DNA of 64,000 nt from Octopus vulgaris (lineage: Eukaryota), in contig OX597820.1 of the NCBI GenBank assembly GCA_951406725.2, positions 30,318,001 to 30,382,000 on the forward strand. The letters are read 5' to 3'. Both the position numbers and the translations under genes were made by a program. Within the stretch, counting starts at the first letter, position 1, and each line of letters starts with the position of its first letter. Positions 13,397 through 24,814 of this stretch are shown here, one piece after another. The notes under the pieces were generated by a model. That model saw nothing but the letters and a program-made list of their open reading frames with translations. It did no database searches and was not told the origin of the DNA.

Positions 13397-14530
13397 TTAT
13401 ATTAGTGACTGTTCCTCTCTTGTGTGGATACTTCTGTGTTTGGTTACTTGAAATCTATAAGAGAATGGTTTACCACAGATATCACAGCTATGTGGCTTCA
13501 AACCTGTATGAATTTTTTTATGTCTAGTTACATGTCTTCTTTCAGAAAAGGATTTACCACAGATATCACAGCTATATGGCCTCTCTCCTGTGTGAATATG
13601 TTGGTGTGTAGTTAAATGACTCCTTTGAGTAAATGAATTACCACAGATATCACAGTTATATGGCTTCTCTCCTGTGTGAACAATTTGATGTGTTTTTAAG
13701 TGACCTTTTTGAGAAAATGATTTGTCACATATGTCACACTGAAAGGGTTTCTCACCAGTATGAATACGTACGTGTTTTGTTAAGGAACTTCTTTCAGAGA
13801 ATGCTTTACCACAGGTATCACACTGAAATGGTTTCTCTACTGTATGAATTCGTATGTGTTCAGTTAAGATATTCATATGAGAGAATAATTTACCACAGAT
13901 ATCACAGTGATATCGTTCTTCTCCTTGAATACATTTGTGTGAAGTTAGGTAACGTTTTTGAGAGAATGATTTTTCACAGATATCACAGTGATATGGCTTC
14001 TCCCCTGTATGAATTCGTTTGTGTTTAGTCACTTGGTTTGTATCAGTAAATGATTTACCGCAGATATCACAGCTATATGGCTTCTCTCCTGTATGCATAT
14101 ATTTGTGTGTAGTTAAAACAGTTTTTTGAGAAAACGATTTACCACATACATCACAGTGATATGGCTTCTCGTCTGTATGAATACGTTTATGTATAGTTAA
14201 GGAACTTTTCTGTGAAAATAATTTATCACATATATCACACTGATATGGTTTCTCTCCTGTATGAATCAGTACATGCTTACTTAAGTTACTTTTTTCTGAG
14301 AATGATTTACCACAGATATCACAGTGATATGGATGCTTTCCTGTATGAATGTATTGGTGCGTAGTTAAGTAACGTTTCTGAGCAAATGATTTATTGCATG
14401 TGTCACAGTGATACGGTTTCTCTCCAGTATGAATACGTACGTGTTTAATTAAGTTACATTTTTCAGAGAATGATTTACCACAGGTATCACAGTGATATGG
14501 TTTTTCTCTAGTGTGAGATAAACTGCTCAT
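13397..14530 (-). CDS. C2H2 zinc-finger protein ZF1 (13 fingers, finger 7 degenerate; no KRAB/BTB/ZAD domain)
   Basis: 377 aa ORF of CxxC...HxxxH repeats with TGEKP linkers. Upstream acceptor TTTCAG| at 14746 and donor at 18481. Confidence 0.93.
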   Translation of the reverse strand: MSSLSHTREKPYHCDTCGKSFSEKCNLIKHVRIHTGEKPYHCDTCNKSFAQKRYLTTHQYIHTGKHPYHCDICGKSFSEKSNLSKHVLIHTGEKPYQCDICDKLFSQKSSLTIHKRIHTDEKPYHCDVCGKSFSQKTVLTTHKYMHTGEKPYSCDICGKSFTDTNQVTKHKRIHTGEKPYHCDICEKSFSQKRYLTSHKCIQGEERYHCDICGKLFSHMNILTEHIRIHTVEKPFQCDTCGKAFSERSSLTKHVRIHTGEKPFQCDICDKSFSQKGHLKTHQIVHTGEKPYNCDICGNSFTQRSHLTTHQHIHTGERPYSCDICGKSFSERRHVTRHKKIHTGLKPHSCDICGKPFSYRFQVTKHRSIHTREEQSLI

Positions 14531-15559
14531 AGCAAATATTTCACCAGAAATGTTTTATAAAGTATTGGTTTTTGTCAACTAATTTATCTCAAATAACTCA
14601 ATTCTTGATGCATTCATTTGTGCTTAATTAATTGATTTTCACATTAATGTTAAAGAGAGATGATTTATTCACTTTCACTTCAGTGTCTGCTTCATTACTT
14701 CTTTGTTGTATACAATTTCATCTCAAAGCTCTCTGGTTTGATAACCTGAAATAAGAAATAATATATATATAACAGAAAATTATTTGAAAGATGGGGGGGG
14801 GGGGGGAGATATTGATTCCTAAAGATTATCAACATGATTCAGTTTCATAAATGAGTTACACTAATTTAGCCTGCTGTTAATTGATTTGTAGAAATTAGCA
14901 ATATTGATCTATTATTTCAGACAAATCATGCCTTCACCTAGCTGAGTATTACACCACATATACAGACAGGCAGTGATTAGTCATATTGAAGAATGGCATA
15001 AGAGTCTGGACATGCCACACTCTCTCTCCTGCTTCATCTGTATCTGTACATTGGTAGATTCTGGTGTTAGCCACGAGCAGACTAAGTTGGGATGAAACAA
15101 TTGTTATTCCTCTACATTGAATGCAATCATCATTGGTAATGTACATCTAAGCATACTGTTTAGCTTAATGAAGCCATTGATTCTGGTGTTATATTTGTGT
15201 ATTAATGTTTCTAATGATTGTTGTGGCTAAGTGAGTAAGGTATGTTCTTTGGATGGTGGTGTTGCAATATTTTGAGGTGTTATAGAAAAGTGTCTTTGTT
15301 TGAGGGTAATTTTTTTTTATGTAGTGAAGGTGACTGTGATGGCTAAAATGTACCATGTCAAATAAATTACACTTCTTGGATGTCAGCATGATCTTTTCTT
15401 TTGAATATTTATTTCTGTTGTGTAGTGGTAGCTGGTGTGCTGTCTATAAGGACGAAAAGTACATTGCTTTGTGTTGTTTATAGTTTATTGAGGAAAGAGT
15501 TGAGGTAGCACTTGCATAATCTATGATGGATCTATTGTATTTTTTATTTTTTACTTGCT

Positions 15560-16330
15560 GAGTCTAGAAGGCAGGGCTATTCCTATGACTACTGCAGACT
15601 CTCCAAAACTATTCCATTTAAACTGTTGCAAGTCAACACCTGTAGGAAGGACATGAGCAGGGAGGGGATTCTAGAGGAGTGATGTTCTGGAAATGAAGGA
15701 TTGGACAGAGTAGGTAGTGTAGGTGTTTGAGTCATGGAGATATGAGATCAGCCAGCACTGAGGAAAAGAGGCCATTATAGTAGCAATAGAAAATACAGAA
15801 CAGGAGGTTGCATGTTGGTGGGTCAAAGGCTGGAGTGTATCTACTAATGATGGAGTGCTAATCAGCCAAGTGGCCCTTGTCTGGATGCGATCCAGAATGT
15901 CAGTGTGTTTAAAAGCAATATATTGTCTCTGGTTTGGGAGTAGTCCTCACTCGAGCATTGTAGAGTGCCAGCAGTTATTGGGGACTGAAATATCTTCTGA
16001 CCCTTAAGAGAAGGGTCAGTCTTTGAGATGCAGTCCTAGCTATGTTAATGATGTGCTTTCATCAGGAGAGATCTTTGGTAGTATTAAGACCCAGCATTTA
16101 GAGTAACTGTGACAGCGCTAGGTGAGTGCCATTCATGTTCAGTGTAGGTGTGGTGCAATGGTAGTTGATATAAGTTGCACTTAAGTTTCTTTACTGTTAA
16201 AAGAGACACAGTTGGCATAACTCCACTGGAGGATGCTCTAAAGATCTCCATCAATAAACTTCATGCAAGTTTGGCACATGATTAAGTTGCATGTGGATGA
16301 TGCATAGTTAAAGAATGTTCATTAAATTGA
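15560..16330 (-). mobile_element. Decayed LINE ORF2 3' fragment (CR1/Jockey group)
   Basis: Minus-strand remnants NIARTASQRL and YYYNGLFSSVLADLISP, typical of LINE C-terminal regions. Confidence 0.5.
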
Positions 16331-16750
16331 CCAAATATGTTTTGAATCTAAGCCACAAATGTTCCAAGAGTGTAATTCTTTTAACAGTAAAATCCCAATT
16401 AAAATATTTCTCAAATTAACCAGCTTTATAAGTTTATAATCTGGGTACAATACTCACAGAACACCAACGCCACTGCTAATTAGGTCAGCTAGATAACAGA
16501 AGTTATCAATTGCTTCTAGAAATGCTCCACATATTAGAGAGAATCTGTTTCTCGTGAGCACCTAGTACTTGGTGCAATTGCTGCATACAAAGCCTACTTT
16601 CATTATTAGCCAGCCTATGATCCCACTAACATTTCTTGTGCATTCAATGTTTAAACTGAGCACACTCTTGTGTCATTTCTGCCACCTCCTTTCCTACATA
16701 TCAAGCACAGCTGTTTTCCTAGTGTTTAGCTACTTACTAAAACTTAAGTC

Positions 16751-17704
16751 GGCGAAGTTTCGCATGTCGTAGCACAGATTTCCGTCGATTTCCGTAAAAA
16801 ACTTTTATTTTTTTACATAAGTAATGAGAGCGAAAGAGACTAAGAGGAAGCGATTTTACGACGAGAAGGTTTCTCTTTGAAATCGGCCTGTGTGTGTTTG
16901 ATGGGGTGTGGGAGACAGACAGTATGTTGTGTAAGTGAAGTGCTTCTGTTAGTGTGTGCGAAGAGACAGAGAGAGTAATGTGTGAAAGAGAGAGATAACT
17001 GATTTTTTACTCGGTGTATGTGTATATGTATGTATGCATGTATGTGTGTGTGTGTGTATGTATCTATGTATGTGTGTGTGTGTAAGTATGTGTGTGTGTA
17101 TGTATGTATGGCCGATTCATCGTAATTTTTTACTCGGTGTATGTGTATATGTATGTCTGCATGTATGTGTGTGTGTGTATGTTATGTATGTGTGTATGTG
17201 TATGTATGTATGTGTGTATGTATGTATGGTCGATTCAGTGTAATTTTTTACTCGGTGTATGTGTATATGTATGTCTGCATGTATGTGTGTGTGTGTATGT
17301 ATCTATGTGTGTGTGTGTGTGTGTAAGTATGTGTGTGTGTATGTATGTATGTATGTATGTATGTGTGTGTGTATGTATCTATGTATGTGTGTGTGTGTAT
17401 GTATCTATGTATGTGTGTGTGTGTATGTATGTATGTATGGCCGATTCATAGTAATTTTTTACTCGGTGTATGTGTATATGTATGTCTGTCTCTTCACACA
17501 CACTAACAGAAGCACTTCACTTACACAACATACTGTCTGTCTCCCACACCCCATCAAACACACACAGGCCGACTTCAAAGTGAAACCTTCTCGTCGTAAA
17601 ATCGCTTCCTCTTAGTCTCTTTCGCTCTCATTACTTATGTAAAAAAATAAAAGTTTTTTACGGAAATCGACGGAAATCTGTGCTACTACAACCGAAACTA
17701 TGCC
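16751..17704. mobile_element. Fold-back MITE with ~220 bp TIRs, internal GT-rich minisatellite and 8 bp TSD (Merlin-like)
   Basis: Arms ~16751-16970 and ~17485-17704 are near reverse complements. Exact TSD cttaagtc at 16743-16750 and 17705-17712. Confidence 0.9.
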
Positions 17705-18475
17705 CTTAAGTCTTTGCTAAGTTTAAGTACTTTCAATTACAGTAAGAAACCATCAGTATACGGAAGTTCTTATGTACAGCCGGTCTTAAAACACTTTTTG
17801 TTGAGGTTCTTGGGGATTACAATGATTACAACGAATGCAAACAAAATATACTTCAAATGCAAAACACTATCCACGCACACACGCATCCCCTAATCTTCAT
17901 CGCGCTAATTTTTTTATTTAAAAAAGGTTTTGGCAGATACTTAATACCTGATGTTCGAAAATTTTTTCTTTTTTCTTTTTTTGAAAAAGCATAATAAAAA
18001 GAGAGGGGTTGTTATAAATACGATTAAACGAAAAAGCCGCACAAATGTATAGTAATGTACACATTTGTAAAAGCAGAAATAAATTAAAAAATCGTAAGGT
18101 AATGCAGAGAGATAAAAAAAAAAAAGGATCAGATGTATTTAAGGACATACCAGACGTACCCCAACTTCAATAGCGTTTATTCAAGGTAAAAAAGTTTTAA
18201 GTGCATTACAGCTTATGGGGAAACCCAATATCGCATAGACCTGGTGTGATTTTATGAGACATTTTTTAGTGGGGAAAAAGTGTCATCAAATAAAGTAATA
18301 AGAGAATTATACAGTTTAGACCCAACTAATCCATCCAAACATCAGCTTTACTCTCGTAGGCTCGCTGCTTTCTTTATTTCCCTTTTTATTTATCTTTCTT
18401 GGTAAAATACACATAAAAAGGACACTGACGATGTTGATACATTAAACAGACTATAAACATTGATGCATTAATAAC

Positions 18476-18715
18476 ACTTACAAATAAACGGAGTCCGAAA
18501 GTGATATCAAGGCGATGTCCTGAATACAGTCTGATTTAGTCTACAAGAGTACACTAACCCCCGCGAGACTCAAGTTTCTGATCTTGAAAATTTCTTTATA
18601 TACGACAGATCATAAAGAAGAGACCATCAGAATTCATACAGCTAATTATTAAAGACCTCTACCTCAGATAAATCTCATACCTAATGTTTACAATAAACAA
18701 GGGAACCAACTCTGT
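18476..18715 (-). promoter_or_regulatory. Promoter/first-exon module copy C (for ZF1)
   Basis: Donor acttac at 18476-18481, colinear with copies A and B. Motif gggaaccaactct at 18701-18713. Confidence 0.7.
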
Positions 18716-19116
18716 CATTATCTGAGAGAGAGAATGCGTGTGTTTGAGTGAAAGTGACGTAGGTAAACGGCAGAGTCCTTCTATTCTTCACTTCAGGATC
18801 AATGAAATTTGTATCTAGAGAACATCACAGATAGCTAAAGGCAACGTGTTTAGTTTTAGTCTAAAAACACAATTAACTATTGTTGTTGATGCTTAACCTA
18901 AGGTCAACTCTAGAGTCGGACTGTGATTCAAAGTATTTTTTTCGTAGCTATTCTACCACTTTTTAGAAATTAAATTAATAAGTACGTACTTCTGAGATGT
19001 TAGAACAGTACTTCTCAAACTTTTATTTTTTACTATCACTAAATATTAAATATACTACAAAAGATTGCTATCGAGAAGATTGCCATTAAAAGACAGCACA
19101 TAAGTCATTTCATCAA

Positions 19117-19510
19117 CTAGTAGTATCGCCCGGCGTTGCTCGGGTATGTTTTGACCCTTTAGAATAGGAATTTTTGAAAAGTAAAAAATTTTCATTATGT
19201 AGCTCGTTATTCTCTTTAAGTGAACATTTTTCTGGTTGAAATACACCGAAAAATGGCGACACAGCAGTCAAAAAATCGTAAAAAATAGGGATTTTCATAG
19301 AAAAAAAGCACCTTTTTTATGTAAATAATTTTTGGTGTTAACATGGTCCGATTTGAATTTTTTTTCTTCTACAGAAGGAAGAGCAAGCCTTCTTTTATCA
19401 TACTCTCAATTTTGGTCAACTTGCACCGCAGGGTCTTGGAGGAGATAGTGTTAGTTGAAGGCTACCAAACCTGCCATACACAGACAACTTCAGCTTTATA
19501 TATAGAGAGA
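19117..19510 (-). mobile_element. Non-autonomous Helitron
   Basis: Minus strand has 5' A|TC, subterminal hairpin CCCGAGCAACGCCGGG and 3' CTAG|T. Confidence 0.85.
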
Positions 19511-20169
19511 TTTATATTATGTCAAAACAACATTCCAAATACTAATACAACCAGATGATTCGCACACAATAAAAAATTGAAAATGCTTTTGAAAATTAAG
19601 GTAATTAAAAGATGCATCTATTGCCTCCTTTATCTCCAGCACCCATATAAAATATTCCATGCCACATTACCAGCTGAGGTGCTGCCCACTTTTCTGAAGC
19701 ACTGTGTTAGTGATTTGAACGGGGAATTGGATGCTATTTCTAGCATGTTGATGTAGATGTTCCTTCATTTGGGTCATTTAAAATTCTTAATGTTAGGATT
19801 AACATGTTGAATATTCAATAGGAGAAAGAATCAACTTTATCAAAATCCGTTTACGCCATAAATAATCTTGAAGTATAGGGACGATAATTAGCTTATTTCA
19901 ATGTTTGGCTTATATTTGCAATGAAACAAGATATTTAAAAAAATAATCTACCGTTAGATACACTGGAGCAAGACATGGTGCTCTGACTTCTTAGATTCGG
20001 CAGAATCATCCAATCCATGCCAGTATTGAGAACAGACATAAAAGGAAGAACATGAAAGAAAAAGTTATGTAAAATTTTTAGCCAGAATATATTGCAAAAT
20101 TAAAATTAAAATGAGGTTCCTCTGAAGAATCTCTGGAATAATGTTACTTGACAGGATGCATAGCTGAAA

Positions 20170-20450
20170 GATCAGGGAGTTTTTCCAGGTTGAGCCTCTT
20201 TTCTCCACAATGAGAGGTCACAGCTCTGGGTACTATGGATAAGTGATTAGAATGTCACAGGAAATAATCATAAGATAGATTCTTCAAGCCAAGCCAACCA
20301 GCAGGAGATTTAAGGGTGGTCCAAGAATGAGATGGTCGAATAATATCCAGTCTCACTTGGGAAACCAACCAGAAAGTCTAATGATGTTTGCTTCTGATAG
20401 GACACTATGGAGAGATGCCTGAGGTATCTACCCAACAGCCCTCTCAGGAA
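20170..20450 (+). mobile_element. RTE LINE C-terminal relic
   Basis: Colinear with 22450-22730 (gagaggtcacagctctgg...tcttcaagccaag). Confidence 0.55.
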
Positions 20451-20961
20451 TAGTAGGCAGAGATAGGTGGGTGAAAAATTAAAATGATTAAAGGGAAATA
20501 ATTTCAATGGGCCAATACTATTTCTTACTCCTCTGCATGTAAAAATTTATCCAAGGATTTGCAAACTTTCTTAGACTGTACTATGTTGTTGAGGCCTAAT
20601 AAACTGAAACATGTTCATAGTTGTCCTTCATCTACAAATAAAATAAGAGGGTGTAGTTTTATACTCAATTACTTATGTTATTGAAACTGGGACATGCTCC
20701 AGTCAAATAATCTTGTAGACTCGATACATTTTTTCTTTTTTTATATTTGCAATTGATGGAATCTTATAAGATATTGCAGTAGAATCTTCAGAACAAATAA
20801 AAAGTCACTCGCAAAAAAAAAAAAAAAAGGTAAGGAAAAAATTATGCAAAATGATGAGTTACAAATTTATTTGATAATTCACAATATAGAAATAGTTATT
20901 ATTAGGTTTACAATGTTATTACATCATTCATTGTAAGGCTTTAATGGAATGGTAACTATTA

Positions 20962-21462
20962 TCTATATATATAAAACTGTAGTTGTGTGAGTGTCTGTCT
21001 CCTACGATTTAGATTCCTAACTACTCCCACATTTTGCGGTGCAGTTTAACCAAATTCGGGTATCTTATAGTCGTGATTCATATCGAGCCCGTCTGAGTAT
21101 TAGCACGCGTCTACGATGAGTCTACGATTTTAAAAATAATTTAACATCATTTTTTATTCCATTTTAATGCATAATTTTTCGTGTGTCGATGGCGGCGGAG
21201 TTGGCGTCCACACTCACAGCTGCACCTGTTTGCTTCTCCCCTCCCTCATGAAGCTGTGGGAAAGGGAGTGTAAGGAAATCGACGTCGTAAAGCGTTGTCA
21301 AGGAGACCAGCGTTCTTTTAGAACGACTTCATGGCTTGAAGACACCAAAACAGAAATGGCTAAGAAAGCCCAAATTGGCATCTATAAGGGAAGTAACTCT
21401 CTAAAACTGCTTATATAGTTATTTCCCTTACAAACCCGAGCAACGCCGGGCGATACTGCTAG
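20962..21462 (+). mobile_element. Non-autonomous Helitron
   Basis: Start A|TCTATATATATAAAA, hairpin cccgagcaacgccggg at 21435-21450, end CTAG|T, and no TSD. Confidence 0.88.
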
Positions 21463-22449
21463 TTAGTAATAAAATAATGATACACATGTCTATTTGTAAT
21501 TAGACTAGGAGTTAAAAATAATCTACTGTTAATTTACATTAGATTAACTTGGGCAACTAAAGTCTTGTGAGTGGATTTGGTTGAAGGCAGTCTGTCTATA
21601 TGCCTGCCTACCTGCCTGTGAGAGAAAAAAAAAGGATGTAAGATCCTACCCAAGCCATAGGCTCATAAGGCCAGTTTCCTGGTTTCTGTGGCATATACAT
21701 TCCCTGCTGGATGGGATACCAGTCCAGCACAGGATTACTCATTTTTGCCTGCTGAGTGGCCTGGAGCAATGTGAAATGGAGTGTTCTGTTCAAGAATACA
21801 CCACATTGGCCAGTCCAGGAAATGAAACCACAAACTTATGGTCATAGGTGCAATGCCCTTGACCACTAAGCTGCATGCCTCCACATCTATCTATATATAT
21901 ATACATGTGTGTGTATGTCTACAAGTAATGATACCATGTGATAGTTTAATAGTAAAGATGCATTACCATCATACAAGCAATATCACTTGTTTTCAATTTT
22001 CTGTTAAAACATGCCTGGCAATGGGGAAATATTGCATTGCTTGGAAATAAGGGTTGATGGCAAGAAGGGCATCCAGCTGTATAAAATCTTTCTAAATGAA
22101 TTCCATCTGACCCATGCAAGAATGGAAAAGTGGACATTTAAAACAATGATGAATACTGTCCCATATTTTAAACAGCAAATCACTTTTGTGTGAAAGGCAA
22201 CCTTTTATAAAGATTATTTAGGCCTTACTAAATGAATAAAGAAACATATTATGAAGAGTGATGAAGTGATTTATCAGGATGCATGGATTGATGACAAAAA
22301 TTGAGATCAGTGATTGTATGATGTCTAATAGATTTGTCCAACTCATGATACAGAAAAACTGAAGTTCACACATTGATGAGGACAATGATTCACAACTTAT
22401 ATTTTTTTATTAACTAAATATTAAAACATAAAAGTTTACATTGTTTAAC

Positions 22450-22735
22450 CACAGGGTCTCTGGAGTAACATTATTCAACAGGGCTCACAGCTCGGAGATC
22501 AGGGATTCTTTCCAGGTTCAGCCACTATTTCTCCAGACTGAGAGGTCACAGCTCTGGTACTATGGACATGTGATCAGAATGTTCTGGGAAAGAATCACAA
22601 GGCAGACTCTTCAAGCCAAGACAACTGGCAGACACAGTTGGTCACATTTGGGAATCCAGCAGGAAAGTCTGAGGATGGTTGCTTCTGAGATGACACTATG
22701 GAAGAGGTGCCTGAGGACTTTAACTGGTGGCTTCT
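22450..22735 (+). mobile_element. RTE LINE C-terminal relic
   Basis: ORF reads SSEIRDSFQVQPLFLQTERSQLWYYGHVIRM, matching the RTE R.QL.W.GHV.RM motif. Confidence 0.7.
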
Positions 22736-23578
22736 GAGGAGGGAGATGGACTGAAGTTGTCAAGCCTCATGGCATTGTTGATCTGGAGTGACTGGCATTT
22801 TTTTTTTGTACTTGACATGTATATGTGAATGGTAGAAAGGATAGGAAAAGTATGCAATGGTGAGTTGGATGCAAACTGGGCAGCAAATATGGAAATTTCC
22901 ACAGAGCCATCAAAGTTAAGGGGTAGTGAATAGGATTGAGGATTCTACAAACTTGGTAGAAATTCTTTATGAAAGAACCAGTACTAAATACAGTCTAAGA
23001 GGCTAGTAAGCTTCAGGCTGGGAAATGAGCAAAAGGTATTTTGCTTTATGGCTAGTAGTCTTGCATGAGGTGCAGAAGTGTGTGAAATTCATCCAGCAAG
23101 TGGAGGTCAATGATTTATTTTCAGGCATTGTTAACTATGTTCCTTGCCAGAGGTGTGGCAGTGCAACTTTGTGTGAACCATTTGGATGATTTAAGTTTAT
23201 AAGCTTTGGGATGTGTGGGATGTGGAAGGACATCCTTATGAGAATAGTTTCAATGACCTGCTTAGCTTTCTGGGATTGGTTACAGGTGCAAAATAATACA
23301 CAATCCAATATGTGCAGGGATGTCTGAATAAACTCATAACATGAGTAAAGACTACATGTAAAGAATGTTTAGACACAAATCTGATAGATATACAGTCACT
23401 TCTCCATCTGTGGTTCAGAAAGATAATTTTGTTTTAGATAATAATTTACCATTGATAACCATATGTTTTTTCTCTCATGGGAACAACTCTATACCAAGTT
23501 ACATGGCTACTTTTAGAGAACAAGTTCATGTGAATTAAAAAGAAAATCTGGGAGGATGATATGATTTAAAAATGGACG

Positions 23579-24814
23579 TCAGAGGCTGTGTTTGTCTCCT
23601 GTATGAGTATGTTCATGTTTGATTACCTGATACCTATAGGAGAATGATTTGCCACAAATATCACAGCAGTGTGGCTTCTCTCCTGAATGGATTTTCTTGT
23701 GTCTGGTTACGTGATTTCTTTCAGAAAATGATTTACCACAGATATCACAGCTATATGGTTTCTCTCCTGTATGAATATGTAGATGTGTTGTTAAGTGGCC
23801 ACTTTGAGAAAATGATTTATCACATACTTCACACTGATAGGGTTTCTCTCCTGTATGAATACGTACATGTTTGCTTAGATTATTTCTTTCAGAAAATGCT
23901 TTACCACAAGTATCACACTTGTATGGTTTTTCACCTGTATGAATACGTACGTGTAATGTCAAGATGTATCTCTGAGCAAATGACTCACCACAGATATCAC
24001 AGTGATATGGCTTTTCTCCTCCATGAATAAATTTGTGTGAAGTTAAGTTACTTTTCCGAGAGAATGACTTATGACAGATATCACAGAGATATGGTTTTTC
24101 TCCTGTGTGAACCCGTTTGTGTTTGGTTACTTGGTGTGTATCAGTGAAGGTTTTACCACATATATCACAGTGATATGGTTTTTCTCCTGTATGTATGTAT
24201 TTATGTGTAGTTAAATGACATTTTCTAGAGAATGATTTACCACAAGTATCACAGTGATATGGTTTCTCTCCTGTATGTATAAATCTGTGTGCATTCAAGT
24301 GAGATTTTAGAAAGAATGATTTATCACAGATATCACAATGATATGGCATCTCTCCAGTATGAATGCGTCTGTGTTGGGTTACCTGGCTTTTATCAGTGAA
24401 TGCTTTATCACAGATATCACAGTGATATGGTTTCTCACCTGTATGAATATATTTATGTCTAGTTAAGCTGCATCTTTGGGAGAATTTTTTCCCACAGACA
24501 TCACACTGAAGTGAGTTTTTTCCTGTATGAAACAATTTACGTGATGTTAAAAGACTTCTTTGGGATAATGATTTATTACTAATATCGGATTTGTATGATT
24601 TTTCTCCTGTATGAATACGTTTGTGTCGGGTTATTTGGCTTGTATCAGTGAATGACTTACCACAGATATCACAGTCATATGGCTTCTCTCCTGTATGAAT
24701 ATATTTATGTCTAGTTAAGTGACTTACTCGAGAGAATGATTTACCACAGATTTCACAAAGATATTGTTTCTCTCCTGTCTGAAGAAGTTCATGTTGAGCT
24801 AACAAACTACTCAT
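23579..24814 (-). CDS. C2H2 zinc-finger protein ZF2 (14 finger units, finger 3 lacks Cys)
   Basis: The ORF track starts at a GTG (24895). The first ATG is at 24814 (MSSLL), homologous to the ZF1/ZF4 starts, with an in-frame TAA further upstream. Acceptor at 25781, donor at 28114. Confidence 0.92.
   Translation of the reverse strand: MSSLLAQHELLQTGEKQYLCEICGKSFSRVSHLTRHKYIHTGEKPYDCDICGKSFTDTSQITRHKRIHTGEKSYKSDISNKSLSQRSLLTSRKLFHTGKNSLQCDVCGKKFSQRCSLTRHKYIHTGEKPYHCDICDKAFTDKSQVTQHRRIHTGEMPYHCDICDKSFFLKSHLNAHRFIHTGEKPYHCDTCGKSFSRKCHLTTHKYIHTGEKPYHCDICGKTFTDTHQVTKHKRVHTGEKPYLCDICHKSFSRKSNLTSHKFIHGGEKPYHCDICGESFAQRYILTLHVRIHTGEKPYKCDTCGKAFSERNNLSKHVRIHTGEKPYQCEVCDKSFSQSGHLTTHLHIHTGEKPYSCDICGKSFSERNHVTRHKKIHSGEKPHCCDICGKSFSYRYQVIKHEHTHTGDKHSL

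Noticed and set aside
13424-14028. Plus-strand ORFs over the ZF genes (also 23644, 32668, 33004, 44375)
   Set aside because: They are antisense shadows of the repetitive finger codons (YHRYHS pattern) with no independent coding evidence.
17034-17615. Cys/Val/Met/Tyr-rich ORFs
   Set aside because: They are translations of (GT)/(GTAT) microsatellite inside a MITE.
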